Positions 51,171 through 64,000 of a stretch of DNA of 64,000 bases are shown here, piece by piece. Both the position numbers and the translations under genes were made by a program. Under the pieces are notes generated by a model. The model did not search any database and was not told the DNA's origin. It worked only from the letters and a program-made list of their open reading frames with translations. The stretch's first letter is position 1. Every line of letters starts with the position of its first letter. This DNA is from Octopus sinensis (taxonomy: Eukaryota), in assembly GCF_006345805.1 (NCBI RefSeq), contig NC_043022.1, positions 18,414,001 through 18,478,000 of the forward strand, read 5' to 3'.

Positions 51171-53050
51171 GTGTGTGTGTGTGTGTATGTATATATATAT
51201 ATATATATATCCTGCCAAAACAGTCACACAAATCTGGTGCAGGCTTTGACCTGGCTGGCTTTTGTGGTACTGTCCCACCCATGCTAGCATGGAACATGGA
51301 CGTTAAATGATGATGATGATATATTATATATATATATATAATATATATAATATATATATATGTAGAGGGCGCGTGGCTTAGTGGTTAGGGCATTCGGCTC
51401 ATGATCGTAAGGTTGTGAGTTCGATTCCCGGCGACGCGTTGTGTCCTTGAGCAAGACACTTTATTTCACGTTGCTCCAGTCCACTCGGCTGGCAAAAATG
51501 AGTTGTATACTTGTATTTCAAAGGGTCGGCCTTGTCACTCTCTGTGTCACGCTGATTATCCCCGAGAACTACGTTAAGGGTACACGTGTCTGTGGAATGC
51601 TCAGCCATTTGCACGTTAATTTCACGAGCAAGCTGTTCCGTTGATCGTATCAGCTGGGACCCTCGTCGTCGTAACCGGCGGAGTCTTTATATATATATAT
51701 ATATTTGTCTGAAGCGAAAAAGGAATGAAAAGATTTTGAAATTTTAGTGTGACCTTTGATGACATAAGGTGTTTGACCTTGTGTCAGAGGTCATTCAGCT
51801 GCTTATTCAAGATGTCTTCAGGTTAGGACCAACCAGTTAAAGAAAACCATATTGAATTTATCAAGGTTTTTTTTTTTTATGTTTTTTTTTTTGTGGGGTG
51901 GGGTGGAAACAGTTTTATCGCATTAATCAACCAAAGGACAATGGTTGTGGGAGGGGATAGGGCTCATAACCTTATTCAATACTTCTAATGGTGGTGGTGG
52001 TGGTGGTGGTGGTGGTGGTGGCGGTGGTGAGTGCTACATTTGTTGACAGTGTTTATGGTGGTGATGATGATGATGACAAATGTTCATCATGACGATGATG
52101 ATGATGATGATGTGTTATTTGTAAATATTTCTGGTGCTCCATAAAATTCCTTATTCAAACACACACAGACACACACACAAACATGCAAAATATAAAAAAA
52201 AAAAGATTTATTTTAATAATAATAATAATAATAACAATAATAATAATAATAATAATAATCTGTTCTTTATATTTGTCACAAGGGCTGAAAACAACGGGAT
52301 ATTACCTGCATATGTTACGGAAAAACAAAGAACGGTGATGAGAAACGGTACTGAATCAAGAATGTGTAAATGAATACAGAAAGTAAAAGTAGAGAATGGT
52401 ATGTTCCAAAAGAGGGGGGGGAGAGAGAGAGAGAGAGAGCAGAAGTGTCATTCATGGGACTCACCCACCCACCCACCCACCCCTTCCACCTCCGAAAGAT
52501 TTTTTCCCAAAATGACTTTTACTACCTTACGGAAAGTGCTCCACCTCCTCTTCCTCCTCCTCCTCCCCCCCACCTCTCCTCTACCAGCTGTGTTCTCCGG
52601 GCCTACTGCTGGGTGCAAATGCTTGAGAAAGGTAGGCCCATTCAAACCGAGCCAAACTCGCTACTCTCAGCAATTTTACCCCCCCCCCCCCAGGAGGGTA
52701 GCAAACCTTCCTCTCGACCTTCATCTCCTGCCAGGTGTTGAGTATTCAATAATGACCTTAGGAAATGCACGAATATCATCACTGCCTATATAAAAATATA
52801 CTTGCTGGTGTTATTACCATTATTATTATTATCCTAATTATCATTATTATTATCATTATCATCACCATTATTATTATCATCATCATAATTATTATTAATC
52901 ATTATTATTATTATTATTATCATTATTAATATTATTCTTCTTGTTGTTGTTATCAAAGTACCAGTCAAGTACCATGGTTGATATAATCAACTTAGCCTAT
53001 CCTCTGAAATTGCTGGTCGTGTGCCAAAATCTGAAACCATATTATTATTA

Positions 53051-53100
<50 letters not shown>

Positions 53101-53829
53101 AATTGTTTGCATACCGGGCAAAATGCTTAGTGGCGTTTTGTCTGTCTTCACATTCTGAGTTCAAGTTCCGCCGAGGCTGACTTTGCCTTTCATCCTTTCA
53201 GGGACAATGAAATAAGTGTACCAGTCAAGCATTGGGGGTTGATGTGTAACTGGCCAGCCCTGCTCCCCCCCCCGGACCCCCCTCCGAAATTACTGGCCTT
53301 GTGCCAAAATTTGAAACCATCATTTTTATCTTTTTTCTAAGATGGCAAGCTGGCAGAATCGTTAGCATTGTCAAACAAAATGCTTCATGGCATTTCATCT
53401 GTCTTTACATTTTGAGTTCAAATTCCACTGAGGTTGACTTTGCCTTTCATCCTTTCAGGATTCAAAAAACAAGTACCTGTTGAGCACTGGGGAGGGGGTA
53501 GGGTGTCGATGTAAGTTCCTGGTCCTCTCCCCACAAATATCAGGCCTTGTGCCAATTGTAGAAAGGATTATGTTGTACTGTACTTTATTTCGAAACTTCA
53601 TTTCAAATTCTCTGAGGTCAATTTCATGCCTCCATTATCCTGGGACTAAGAGTCGATCGCATAATGTACCAGTCATGTACTGGGGACCAAGTATAACCTA
53701 TTATACCCCCCCCCCCACTCCACTCCACTCCTTAATGTGTAGTCTTGTGTCTAAGAAAATATTAGTAGTAGTAGTTCATTGTGTTAGTCAGTTGTCAGAA
53801 TCAGGAGACAGAAGAACAGAATTGGTAAA

Positions 53830-54340
53830 GTGATGAGAGATCCATGAATTGACAGACGGGATTAGTCAAATGATTGTTCGGATCAGTAAAATGACGGTAA
53901 AGTGCCTGTTGAGATTGGACAGGTGATTGGTAGTTTGTCAAGATGACTGTTGAAATTGGTATACTGACAGCTGAGATTCACTGAAATGATGGTAAGAATC
54001 AAAGTGATGACAGATCCATGAATTGACAGACGGGATTGGTCAAATGACTGTTCGGATCAGTAAAATGACGGTAAAGTGCCTGTTGAGATTGGACAAGTGA
54101 TAGGTAGTTTGTCAAGATGACTGTTGAAATTGGTGTACTGACAGTTGAGATTCACTGAAATGTTGGTAAGAATCAAAGTGATGACAGATCCTTGAATTGA
54201 CAGACGGGATTGGTCAAATGACTGTTGGGATTAATAGAATGACGGTGAAGTGCATGTTGAGATTGGACAAGTGATAGGTAGTTTGTCAAGATGACTGTTG
54301 AAATTGGTGTACTGACAGCCAAGATTCATGAAGCAATGGC
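53830..54340 (+). repeat. 174-bp tandem repeat, about 3 copies
   Basis: GATCC(A/T)TGAATTGACAGACGGG at 53839, 54013 and 54187. Confidence 0.95.
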
Positions 54341-55777
54341 CAGGATGAGAATTGGTCATGTGACAATTAGAATCACTAAAATGATGCTAAGAATCAGTAG
54401 AATGAAAGACAAGATTGGTAATTGGTAGAATGACCGAGAGAATTGATACAACAACAGACAACACACATTGGTATTTTTAACATTACCATCCCTGTCACTT
54501 AGCGGTTCGGCATAAGCGACCGATAGAATAAGTACTAGGCTTACAAAGAATAAGTCCCAGGGTCGATTTGCTCGACTAAAGGCGGTGCTCCAGCATGGCC
54601 GCAGTCAAATGACTGAAACAAGTAAAAGAGAGTCAAGCACTGGAGCTGATATCAATCCCCAAGCCTTCAAAATTGCTGGCCTTGTGCCTAAATTAGAAGC
54701 CATTATATTATTATTATTTCTTCGTGATATAGGCACAAGGCCTAAAATTTGTGGGGGGGAGGGTGCTGTCAAATACATTGACCCCCCCCCCCCCCAGTAC
54801 TTTGCTGGTATATATTTTATTGACCCACAAAAGGATAAAAGGCAAATTTGACCTTGGCGGGATTTGAACTCTGCCACTAATGCATTTTGTCTGGCATTTC
54901 ATTTATCTTTACATTCTGAGTTCAAATTCTGCCAAGGTCTATTTTGCTTCTTTTTTTTATCATTTGGGGGTGGGGGTCAATAAATAAGTACCAGTTGAGC
55001 AATGGGGGTCAATATGATCAACTGCACTCTTCGCCAAAATCTCAGGCCTTGTACCTATAGCAGAAAGGATTATTATTATTATTATTATTATCATTATTAT
55101 GTCCATCTGGGTGTGATTGTAGGGTTTATCGATGTGCAGTGCATTCTGCTTCATCTCTGGCACTAATACAATATATAACAGACACCCTGTGTTAAATAAA
55201 GAGGAGAGGCATTCAGACCACAACTTCCCATTCTCTCTCTCTCTCACCCTATGTCTACCCATCTGTATTTCTACCCTCTGTTCCTATGCCCCCTTTAAAT
55301 TCACCAGCAACAAAAGATCTTTCTGCCCAGCTGATAACACAGACACCTCCAAAAATGATCATCTTGTTGTTTAGCCCTAGGTCAGTGCTGATCAAAAGAC
55401 GTTCCAACCATGAACATCTCATCATTTTGATATGTACGAGGGACTACATTATCCAATGTACCCCCACCCTTCTTTTTTTTCTTCTTTTTTTTCTTTCTGT
55501 TTTAATACTGCAAGTCATGATTTGAGAGGGAGAGAATTGGCTGCTATTTCTATGGTTAGTGTTTGTTAGTCTTTCATTCTGTGAAGGTGATAAAATATTA
55601 TACCAGTCATATATTGAGGTAGATTTCACTGATTTGAACCCTGTATGAAGGGGTTCGCCTTGTGTTCACTTTATCATCTCATTGTCTTGATGTACATATA
55701 TATGAGAGAGAGATGTGGGGTTAAAATTTTATGTATGTGTGCGTGTATATATTTATATACATTTAAACTTTTATTCA

Positions 55778-55825
<48 letters not shown>

Positions 55826-55912
55826 ATATATATATATACACACACATATATCCAATATACCAACATATAATATACATATATATATATATATATACACTAT
55901 ATATACACACAT

Positions 55913-55945
<33 letters not shown>

Positions 55946-56566
55946 CACACACACACATATATATTATATACGCACATATATGTATGTATATACATATATT
56001 TGAATGCGTTGCAGTGAGCATAAATATGTGTGAATGTGTGTATATATATATATATTATATATATGTATTTTTGTTACTATCTTTCTTTCCATAAAATTTT
56101 TTTATTCCTACTTTTATTATCATTATTATTGTTATTATTTATCATTATCATTATTATTATTATTATTGGTAAGGCGGAAAGCTGGCAGAACCATTTGCAC
56201 GTCAGACAAAATAATTAGCAGCATTTAATTCAGGTTCTTCTACGTTCCGAGTTCAAATCCTGCTCAGTCCAACTTTAACCTTTCATGTTTTCGCGGTTGA
56301 TGAAATAAAGTACCAGTCAAGTACTGGAGTGTTGATATAATCAACAATCCCACCGCCCCTGAAATTGCTGGCCTTGTGCCAAAATTTGAAACAATTACTA
56401 TTATTGTTGTTGTTGTCGTTGGCGTAAATGTATATATAATTTGTTATTTTGCAATATTTTTTATACATATTCTCTGTAAATTTTTTTTTTATATTTAAAT
56501 TCCATATTGATTTTATATACACTTTGAAGAAATATTTAGAATGTATACACATTCACACACACAAAC

Positions 56567-56603
<37 letters not shown>

Positions 56604-56748
56604 TACGTACATATATACATACCCAATTAAACATATAAGCTGTGACGCTGATGTGTACTGACAACTGTATATAATCATTATATACATGGAAACTGACATG
56701 CACAGATATGGTGCTTATGTGTATACATACATGCATGCATGTATAAAA

Positions 56749-56816
<68 letters not shown>

Positions 56817-57544
56817 TTACATATGCATATATACATAATTGCACACATGCCACACATTTATAAACGCACACACACATATATGTATATATAGACACACACA
56901 CACACACATACATATACATACATGTGAGGCCATATATATATATATGCTTTATATACTTAGTCTTTTTATTTGTGTATTCATTTATTTTAGTTGTATTATA
57001 TATATATATATATATTTATTTTTTTTTTAATTTTGATTTTCAAATATATTTGAGAATCTACAAAAAACAATGTTTATACATAGCTTATTATACAGCATTC
57101 TGTATGTGTGTGTGTGTGTGTGTATGCATAAGTAAGTGTTTGTGTGTGTATGAAAAAAAAACTGGTAAGAACTCATTTTGATAATAATAATGATAATAAT
57201 AATAATGATAAATATGTTCAAAAGATGTGTAATATATAAATGTGTATATACACATTTTTTCATATAAAAGAAACTTAATTGTTTTTTTATTATTATTATT
57301 ATCATTATTATTGCGGTGAGCTGGTGGAATCATTAGCATGCTGGACAAAATGCTTAGTGCTATTTCGCCCATCGCTACGTTCTGAGTTCAAATTCCGCCG
57401 GGGTCGACTTTGCCTTTCATCCTTTCAGGGTCAAAAATTTAAGTACCAGTGAAACACTGGGTGGGGTGGGGGTCAATGTAATCGACACTAGTCTCCTCCC
57501 CACAAATTTCAGGCCTCGTGCTTTCAGTACAAAGGATCATTATA

Positions 57545-57577
<33 letters not shown>

Positions 57578-58202
57578 CATTATTATTATTATGGTGGTGG
57601 TGAGCTAGCATGATCATTAACCTGCTAGGCAAAATGCTCGGCGGCATTTTGTCCATCTTTACATTCTGAATTCAAATTCCATCAAGGTCAACTTTGTCTT
57701 TCATCCTTTCGGGGTCAATAAAGTTACTAACAATTGAGTTACTGGGTTCAATGCAATCGACTTTGTACCCTTCCTCCACAACTGCTGGCCTTGTGCCTAT
57801 AGTAGAAAATATTATTTTAAATTATGGGATCGAGTGAGCAGATTCTTTAGTACGTCTCACAAGATGCTCAACAGTATTTCTTCCTGCTCTTTAAATTGTC
57901 AAGATCAACTTTACTCTTTCACCTCTTCAAAATCGATACATCAAGGCTCCAGTCAAGTATTGTCCTTCATGTAATCAACATGCCCCTCCCATCAAAATTA
58001 CTGGTTTTGTGCCAGAATTAGAGAGGATAATAATAATAATAATAATATTATTATTTTCTTCTCAGTTGTCTTGATTTTACTTGCTCTGGTTAATCTTGGG
58101 ACGTTGGACAGGGTCTCTTTCCACAAATTATAAGACTCGGTACTTAGGTTTTAAGTATCATGATTATTATTATCATTATTTATACTAACAATGTATTTTT
58201 GC

Positions 58203-58240
<38 letters not shown>

Positions 58241-58337
58241 CAGAGTAAACACATAAATGTGAAACAAGGTGGAAAAAAGAGTACTCAAATACCAGGGGTA
58301 GAGTAATATGCTTTTTTTTTAAAAGCAGCAGAAATTC

Positions 58338-58390
58338 AACAAAACCTGTTACTCAGAGTTTCACGTTCCCGTTCGTCAGACAGTTTTGTT
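58338..58390 (-). ncRNA. Minimal type I hammerhead ribozyme motif, intact core
   Basis: The minus strand reads AACAAAACTGT CTGACGA ACG-GGAA-CGT GAAA CTC-T-GAG TA ACAG(G)TTTTGTT. This gives an 11-bp stem I with one bulge, a GNRA-capped stem II and a GUA triplet. Confidence 0.8.
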
Positions 58391-58595
58391 AAAACTGTAT
58401 ACATATATATATATATATATATATATCTATATATACACACACACACACCCATACACACTTTTAGAGTCATAAATGTGACTGACAACCCTTTACATCTACA
58501 GGCAGCAAGAGACTGACTCAACCAAAATTGAAATTATTTATCTTTCTTTGCTTTGGAAATGGGTACTCTTTCTTCTTTGTCAGTCAACACTCAAT

Positions 58596-58629
<34 letters not shown>

Positions 58630-58884
58630 TCATCATATAATATATATATATATATATACTTTATTTAAAAGCAGCAGAAATTCAACAAAATCTGTTACTC
58701 AGAGTTTCACGTTCCCTTTCATCGGGAAACTCCGAGTAACAGGTTTTGTTGAATTTCTGCTGCTTTTAAATAAAGCATATTACTCTACCCCCTGGTAATT
58801 TGAGTACTCTTTTTACCACCTTGTTTCACATTTATGTGTTTACTCCGGTATATATAATATATATAATATATAACTATCTATATA

Positions 58885-58915
<31 letters not shown>

Positions 58916-61900
58916 CGTGTGTGAGTGCGCGGACATACTTCGGAGTACAAATGAAGAAAAGTTCTCATTTCTTGTATGGAGTAGACTAATTATTTGTCCC
59001 ATTGCTACTCTTTGAGTTTCTTCACTTTCACGCATTCTTGAAGCCAACACAGAGAAGAAACAAATGCACAAAAGAAAAATTTTTAAATAGAAATAAAATA
59101 ATAGTAGTGCTGAAATAAATTATCAGCTCTTCAAGTGTTGATATATCGAGCTCCTTTACACTCATTTGTACACACACACACACACACACACACATTGGGT
59201 GAGGAATATCTCTCCCAGCATGAAAAAGGAATAAGATGCCAAGGGGCATGGGATTATAGATTTACTCTCTATCAAGTGTTGAGTTCTTTTCAGTTCTTTC
59301 TGTAAGAGGTTTTTTTTTTTTCCTAAGTAGAAATACTTGAGGGTATATATACAACACTCCCACATCTATATATATATGTGTGTGTGTGTGCATATATATC
59401 TATGTATGTATATATGTATGTGGGTATATATATATAATAAGGTGCGTGTGTATGCTTATTTGTATATGTGAATATATATGTGTGTGTGAGTGTATATATA
59501 TATAATATATATATATATATACATGCACACATACACTGTATATATAATTCTATGGAGAAAGAGAGCAAGAGACAGAGATGGTTGTTTCATGGAGAGTGAG
59601 GAACAAGAATATATATGTAAAAAAAACCCAGAAAAATGACAAAAAAATTTTTAAAATAAACATTTATAATAACAGTGAAGGATGATGATGATGATCATAA
59701 CAATGATGATGATGATGATATTGTGATGATGGTGATTATATAAGGTGGTGGTAGTGGTGAAGATGATGATGTTGACATCGATGACCACAAGTACATGGTG
59801 ATGATGATGATGATGATGACTATACGAGGATGATGTTAATGGTGATGATGATGATTGAATATGCTTGTAATGTTATTTCTTTTTTTTTTTGCCAATAATT
59901 GTTTATATGTTATAAAAAAAATACATAATTAAATAAAAAATTTTAAAAAATAAATTTAAAATAGAAAAGAAAAAAATTGAATAAAAAGAAATAAAAAATA
60001 TTTAAAAAACAAAAACGTTTTTCGGTATTTCATTTTTTTAAAAAAATCTTGGTTATTTTCTATCTTTTGCTTGCTGCAGTCATTAGACTCTGGCCATGCT
60101 GGGGCACTGACTTGAAGAATTTTTAGTTGAAAGAACCAACCCCATTACATCATAAAACCAGGATTTTCTACACTTGAAGAATTTTGGTATTAATCTGGAA
60201 TCTGACAGTGCTGATAGCCCAAAACTTCAGTTGAGTGCTTGTCTGGAAATACCCTAGCAGGACCTATGATGTATATATACATATGTATATGTGTATATAT
60301 ATATATATGTATATAAATCAAAATCAAATCAAATCAAAACCGAAATTGATCAACATCAATGGAAATTGTTGCTGTGATACCAGTGTCGGTGGCATGTAAG
60401 AGAACCATCCGAACGTGGCCTTTGCCAGCGCCGCCCCGACTGGCCTCCATGCCGGTGGCATGTAAAAAGCACCATCCGATCGTGGCTGTTTGCCAGCCTC
60501 ATCTGGCACCTGTGCAGGTGGCACGTAAAAAGCACCCACTACACTCACGAAGTGGTTGGTGTTAGGAAGGGCATCCAGCTGTAGAAACACTGCCAGATCA
60601 GACTGGAGCCTGGCGCAGCCTACTGGCTTCCCAGACCCCGGTCGAACCGTCCAACCCATGCTAGCGTGGAAAATGGACGTTAAACGATGATGATGATATA
60701 CATATATGTATATGTATATATACAAATATAAGAGAGTGACCACTATATGGTCGACTCTTGCGCTAAAAATAGATCCACTATCGTATTAGCAACTAAAAAA
60801 TTGTTTCCAAGGAGAATCAGCACAACATTTAATGTAAACGAGCAGGGCAAATGAAAAATAACAAAAATATAGATTAACTCTGGACAATTCTTTCACTATT
60901 AATGTATTATGCAATTTTACTTAAACAACATCCATAGGTCATCAGCAGAATTAAATTAATATCCAATTTTTCACCCTTATTTTTGATATATGTATGTATG
61001 TATATATATATGTGTGTATATATATATGTGTGTGTGTGTATCTTTTTGTTTGGCCCTCACCACACCTTGACAATTAGTGTTGGTTTGTTTACATCCCTAT
61101 AACTTTGCAGCTTGCCAGAAAAAGACTGCTGGAATAAGTACGGGACTTAGAAACACATAAACAGTGGTTCTCAATCGGGGTCCAAGTGAGATTTTGTTAT
61201 TAATATTCATGTGCAAGATTTAAGTACATGAGTGGCTGTGTGGTAAGAAGCTTGCTTCCCAACTGCATGATTTCCAGTTCAGTCCCACTGCATGGTACCT
61301 TGGGCAAATGTCTTCTACTATAGCCTCAGGCTGACCAAAGCCTTGTGAGTGGATTTGGTAGACAGTAGGGTTTGTCTCTTCATACATGAAGTGTTTACAG
61401 AGCTAGTGTAAAATTGGAAGTGAAGAAATAGGCATAGGAGTGGCTGTGTGGTAAGTAGCTTGCTTACGAACCACATGGTTCCAGGTTCAGTCCCACTGCG
61501 TGGCACCTTGGACAAGTGTCTTTTACTATGGCCTTGGGCCGACCAAAGCCTTGTGAGTGGATTTGGTAGACGGAAACTGAAAGAAGCCCATCGTATATAT
61601 GTATGTGTGTCTGTGTTTGTCCCCCTAACATCGCTTGACAACTGATGCTGGTGTGTTTACGTCCCTGTAACTTAGTGGTTCGGCAAAAGAGACCGATAGA
61701 ATAAGTACTAGGCTTACAAAAATAAATCCTGGGGTCGATTTGCTCGACTAAAGGCGGTGCTCCAGCATGGCCACAGTCACGTGACTGAAACGAGTAAAAG
61801 AGTGAAAAAGAGAATCCATAGGTGAAAAATGGTTGAAAACTACTGCTCTAAAACCATTCAAGGTAATGCCCCAGCATGGCCGCGGTCCAATGACTGATAC

Positions 61901-62219
61901 GAGTAAAAGAGCAAATTTCAGACCCCTGTTTTTGAGAGTAATTTTGCTTGTCATCTTTCCAGGGTTAGTGAAGTACCAGTAAAACGCCAGGCTCAATTCT
62001 ACACTCTCTTCTCTCTCTCTCTTTTTCCCCCTTCTTGGAATCTCCCACATGGCACCATGAGGAGCATGGAGGAGACACCGCTCTCAACATCAGTTTGTTT
62101 TTTCATAGATCTTTTATGTTTTGCTTGTTTCAGTCATTGTACTGCAGCCATACTGGAGCACCGCTTAAAAGGTTTTAGCTGGAATAAATTAACCTCAGTC
62201 TTTACTTCATAAGTAGACC

Positions 62220-63190
62220 TAGATACACTATGCCTGAATAAAAGACAGGATGGTCACCAATGGAATCTATTTGATCAGGACTGACCTGAGGCTAAACAAG
62301 GAAAGACACATTAGATAATGTAGTCCTAGATACACTATGCCTGAATAAAATATGAGATGGTCACACATTTGATCATAGATCTGCTGGATCAGGGTTAACC
62401 TGGGGTTAAGGAATGAAAGGTACATTAGATATTTCTTATTTCTTTATTGCCCAACAAGGGGCTAATCATAGAGGAGACAGACAAAGGGATTAAGTCAATT
62501 ACATTGACCCCCAGTGGATAACTGGTACTTTATTTATCAACCCTGAAAGGATGAAAGGCAAAGTCAACCTCGGCGGAATTTGAACTCAGAACGTAACGGC
62601 AGACAAAATACTGCTAAGCATTTCGTCCGGCGTACTAACGATTCTGCCAGCTCGCCGCCTTTAGATATTGTAGTCCTAGATGCACTATGTCTGGTAAAAG
62701 AGGGGAAGGTCACAGCAGGAACACGTTTGATCATAGACCTGTGGGATCTAGGATGACCTGGTGCTAATAGGGAAAGCTACAGTAGAAGTAATCCCAGATA
62801 TACTATCACAGTAAAAGATGGGATGGTCACAGATGGAATATATTTGATCATAGATCTGATGGATCAGGGCTGACCTGAGGCTAAACAAGGAAAGACACAT
62901 TAGATAATGTAGTCCTAGATACACTATGTCTGAGTAAAAGATGGGATGGTCACAGCTGGAACGCATTTGATCTGTGGGATCTAGGATGACCTGGTGCTAA
63001 ATAGGGAAAGCTACAGTAGATGGTCACAGCTGGAACATCTTTCATCATAAGTCACCTGGATCTGGGTTGAGTTGGGGTTAAACAAGAAAGGCTACAGATA
63101 CACTATGTCTGCAGAAGAGAAGACATAATGGTCACAGCTGGAATCTCTTTGATCGTAGTTTTGTTTGATCAGGACTGACCCGGGGTTAAA
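62220..63190 (-). repeat. ~127-bp satellite-like array, interrupted by a family C SINE
   Basis: Repeated GATGGTCACAGCTGGAA...GATCAGG..GACCTG..GCTAAACAAGG..TAGATACACTATG units; reverse complement of the array at 1-320. Confidence 0.85.
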
Positions 63191-64000
63191 ACAATAACAA
63201 CAGCAACAACAACATGAGTGTAATGTTTTGGAAATTTGTTTGAAAAGAAGAGAGAAAATAATTTGGTTTTTTTTTTGGTTGGTTATTATGGCAGAAATTT
63301 GAATAAATTCCCAGCAGAAAACAACATTAAATAAATATGGTGTCTTGTAATGAGTGTGTGTGTGAGAGAGAGAGAGAGAAAAAGAGAGACAGACAGTGTA
63401 TGTAAGAGAAAAATATGAGAATGAATGTTTGTATGTGTGAGAAAGAGAGAGGGATTTCGTGTGTGTGTGAGAGAAAGAGCGTGCATATGTGAGACAAAGT
63501 CTGTGTGTATGTGTGAGAGAGTAATAGATAGACTGTGTTTGTGAGAGAGAGAGATAGATAGGGAGCCCGAGACAGATTGTGTATGTGTATGTGTGTGTAT
63601 GTGTGTGTGTGTGTAAGAGAGAGAGAGGAGAGAGAGAAAAGGAAGCCTATATGTATGAGTATTTGTATATGTATGGAAAAGTGTTTATGTGAGAGTTTGT
63701 GTGTTTATGAATGTACGAGAGAGTGTATGAATGCATGCATGCATGTATGTATGTATGTATGTATGTACGTATGTATGAGAGGGGTTATGTGTGTGAATGT
63801 ATGTTTGAGTGTGTGCGTGTGTGAATGTAGGTGTAAATGAATGAATGTGTGTGTGTGTGAAAGTGTATGTGTGTGTTATGTGAATTAAGGAATATGTATG
63901 AGTAGCCATGTCTTACTATACACCAAGTTGAGTGTGTATGAAATTGCGAAGATGATCCGGTTCTTGACTGAAGATTGAAGGCTTCGAATGTCCCGTCCGT

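Noticed and set aside
51750-51793. Three AGGTCA/TGACCT half-sites
   Set aside because: Spacings do not form a clean DR/IR element and could occur by chance.
61162-61846. hAT-like termini CAGTGGTTCTCAA ... TTGAAAACTACTG
   Set aside because: Flanking 8-mers do not match and SINEs intervene, so they are probably ends of separate decayed elements.

Overview
Eukaryotic, AT-rich, microsatellite- and SINE-saturated DNA whose repeat landscape is typical of an octopus (coleoid cephalopod) genome; the organism is an inference. One protein-coding gene can be assembled by hand on the + strand from six phase-compatible GT-AG exons (5659-5737, 10236-10312, 11523-11774, 12989-13114, 40544-40696, 42601-43130). 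It encodes the C-terminal ~405 codons of a TNF-receptor-superfamily-like death receptor: Cys-rich domain, single TM helix, PTQE TRAF-type motif, a death domain split by a 27.4-kb intron, and a long polyQ/His tail. Its 5' exons were not found and probably lie upstream of the window. The rest is tRNA-derived SINEs, decayed LINE fragments (RTE, CR1/L2-like, R4/Dong-like), MITEs (hAT, TTAA/piggyBac-like), a small Helitron, minisatellites and local duplications. The most striking unannotated signal is a set of type I hammerhead ribozyme motifs, folded by eye and not tested. Three have an intact core (21516-21602 +, 21921-21968 -, 58338-58390 -), one is near-intact and three are decayed. They sit in short (TA)n-embedded, fold-back cassettes resembling Penelope-like-element/retrozyme termini. 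One intact motif is sense to the receptor pre-mRNA and lies between the two halves of the death domain.
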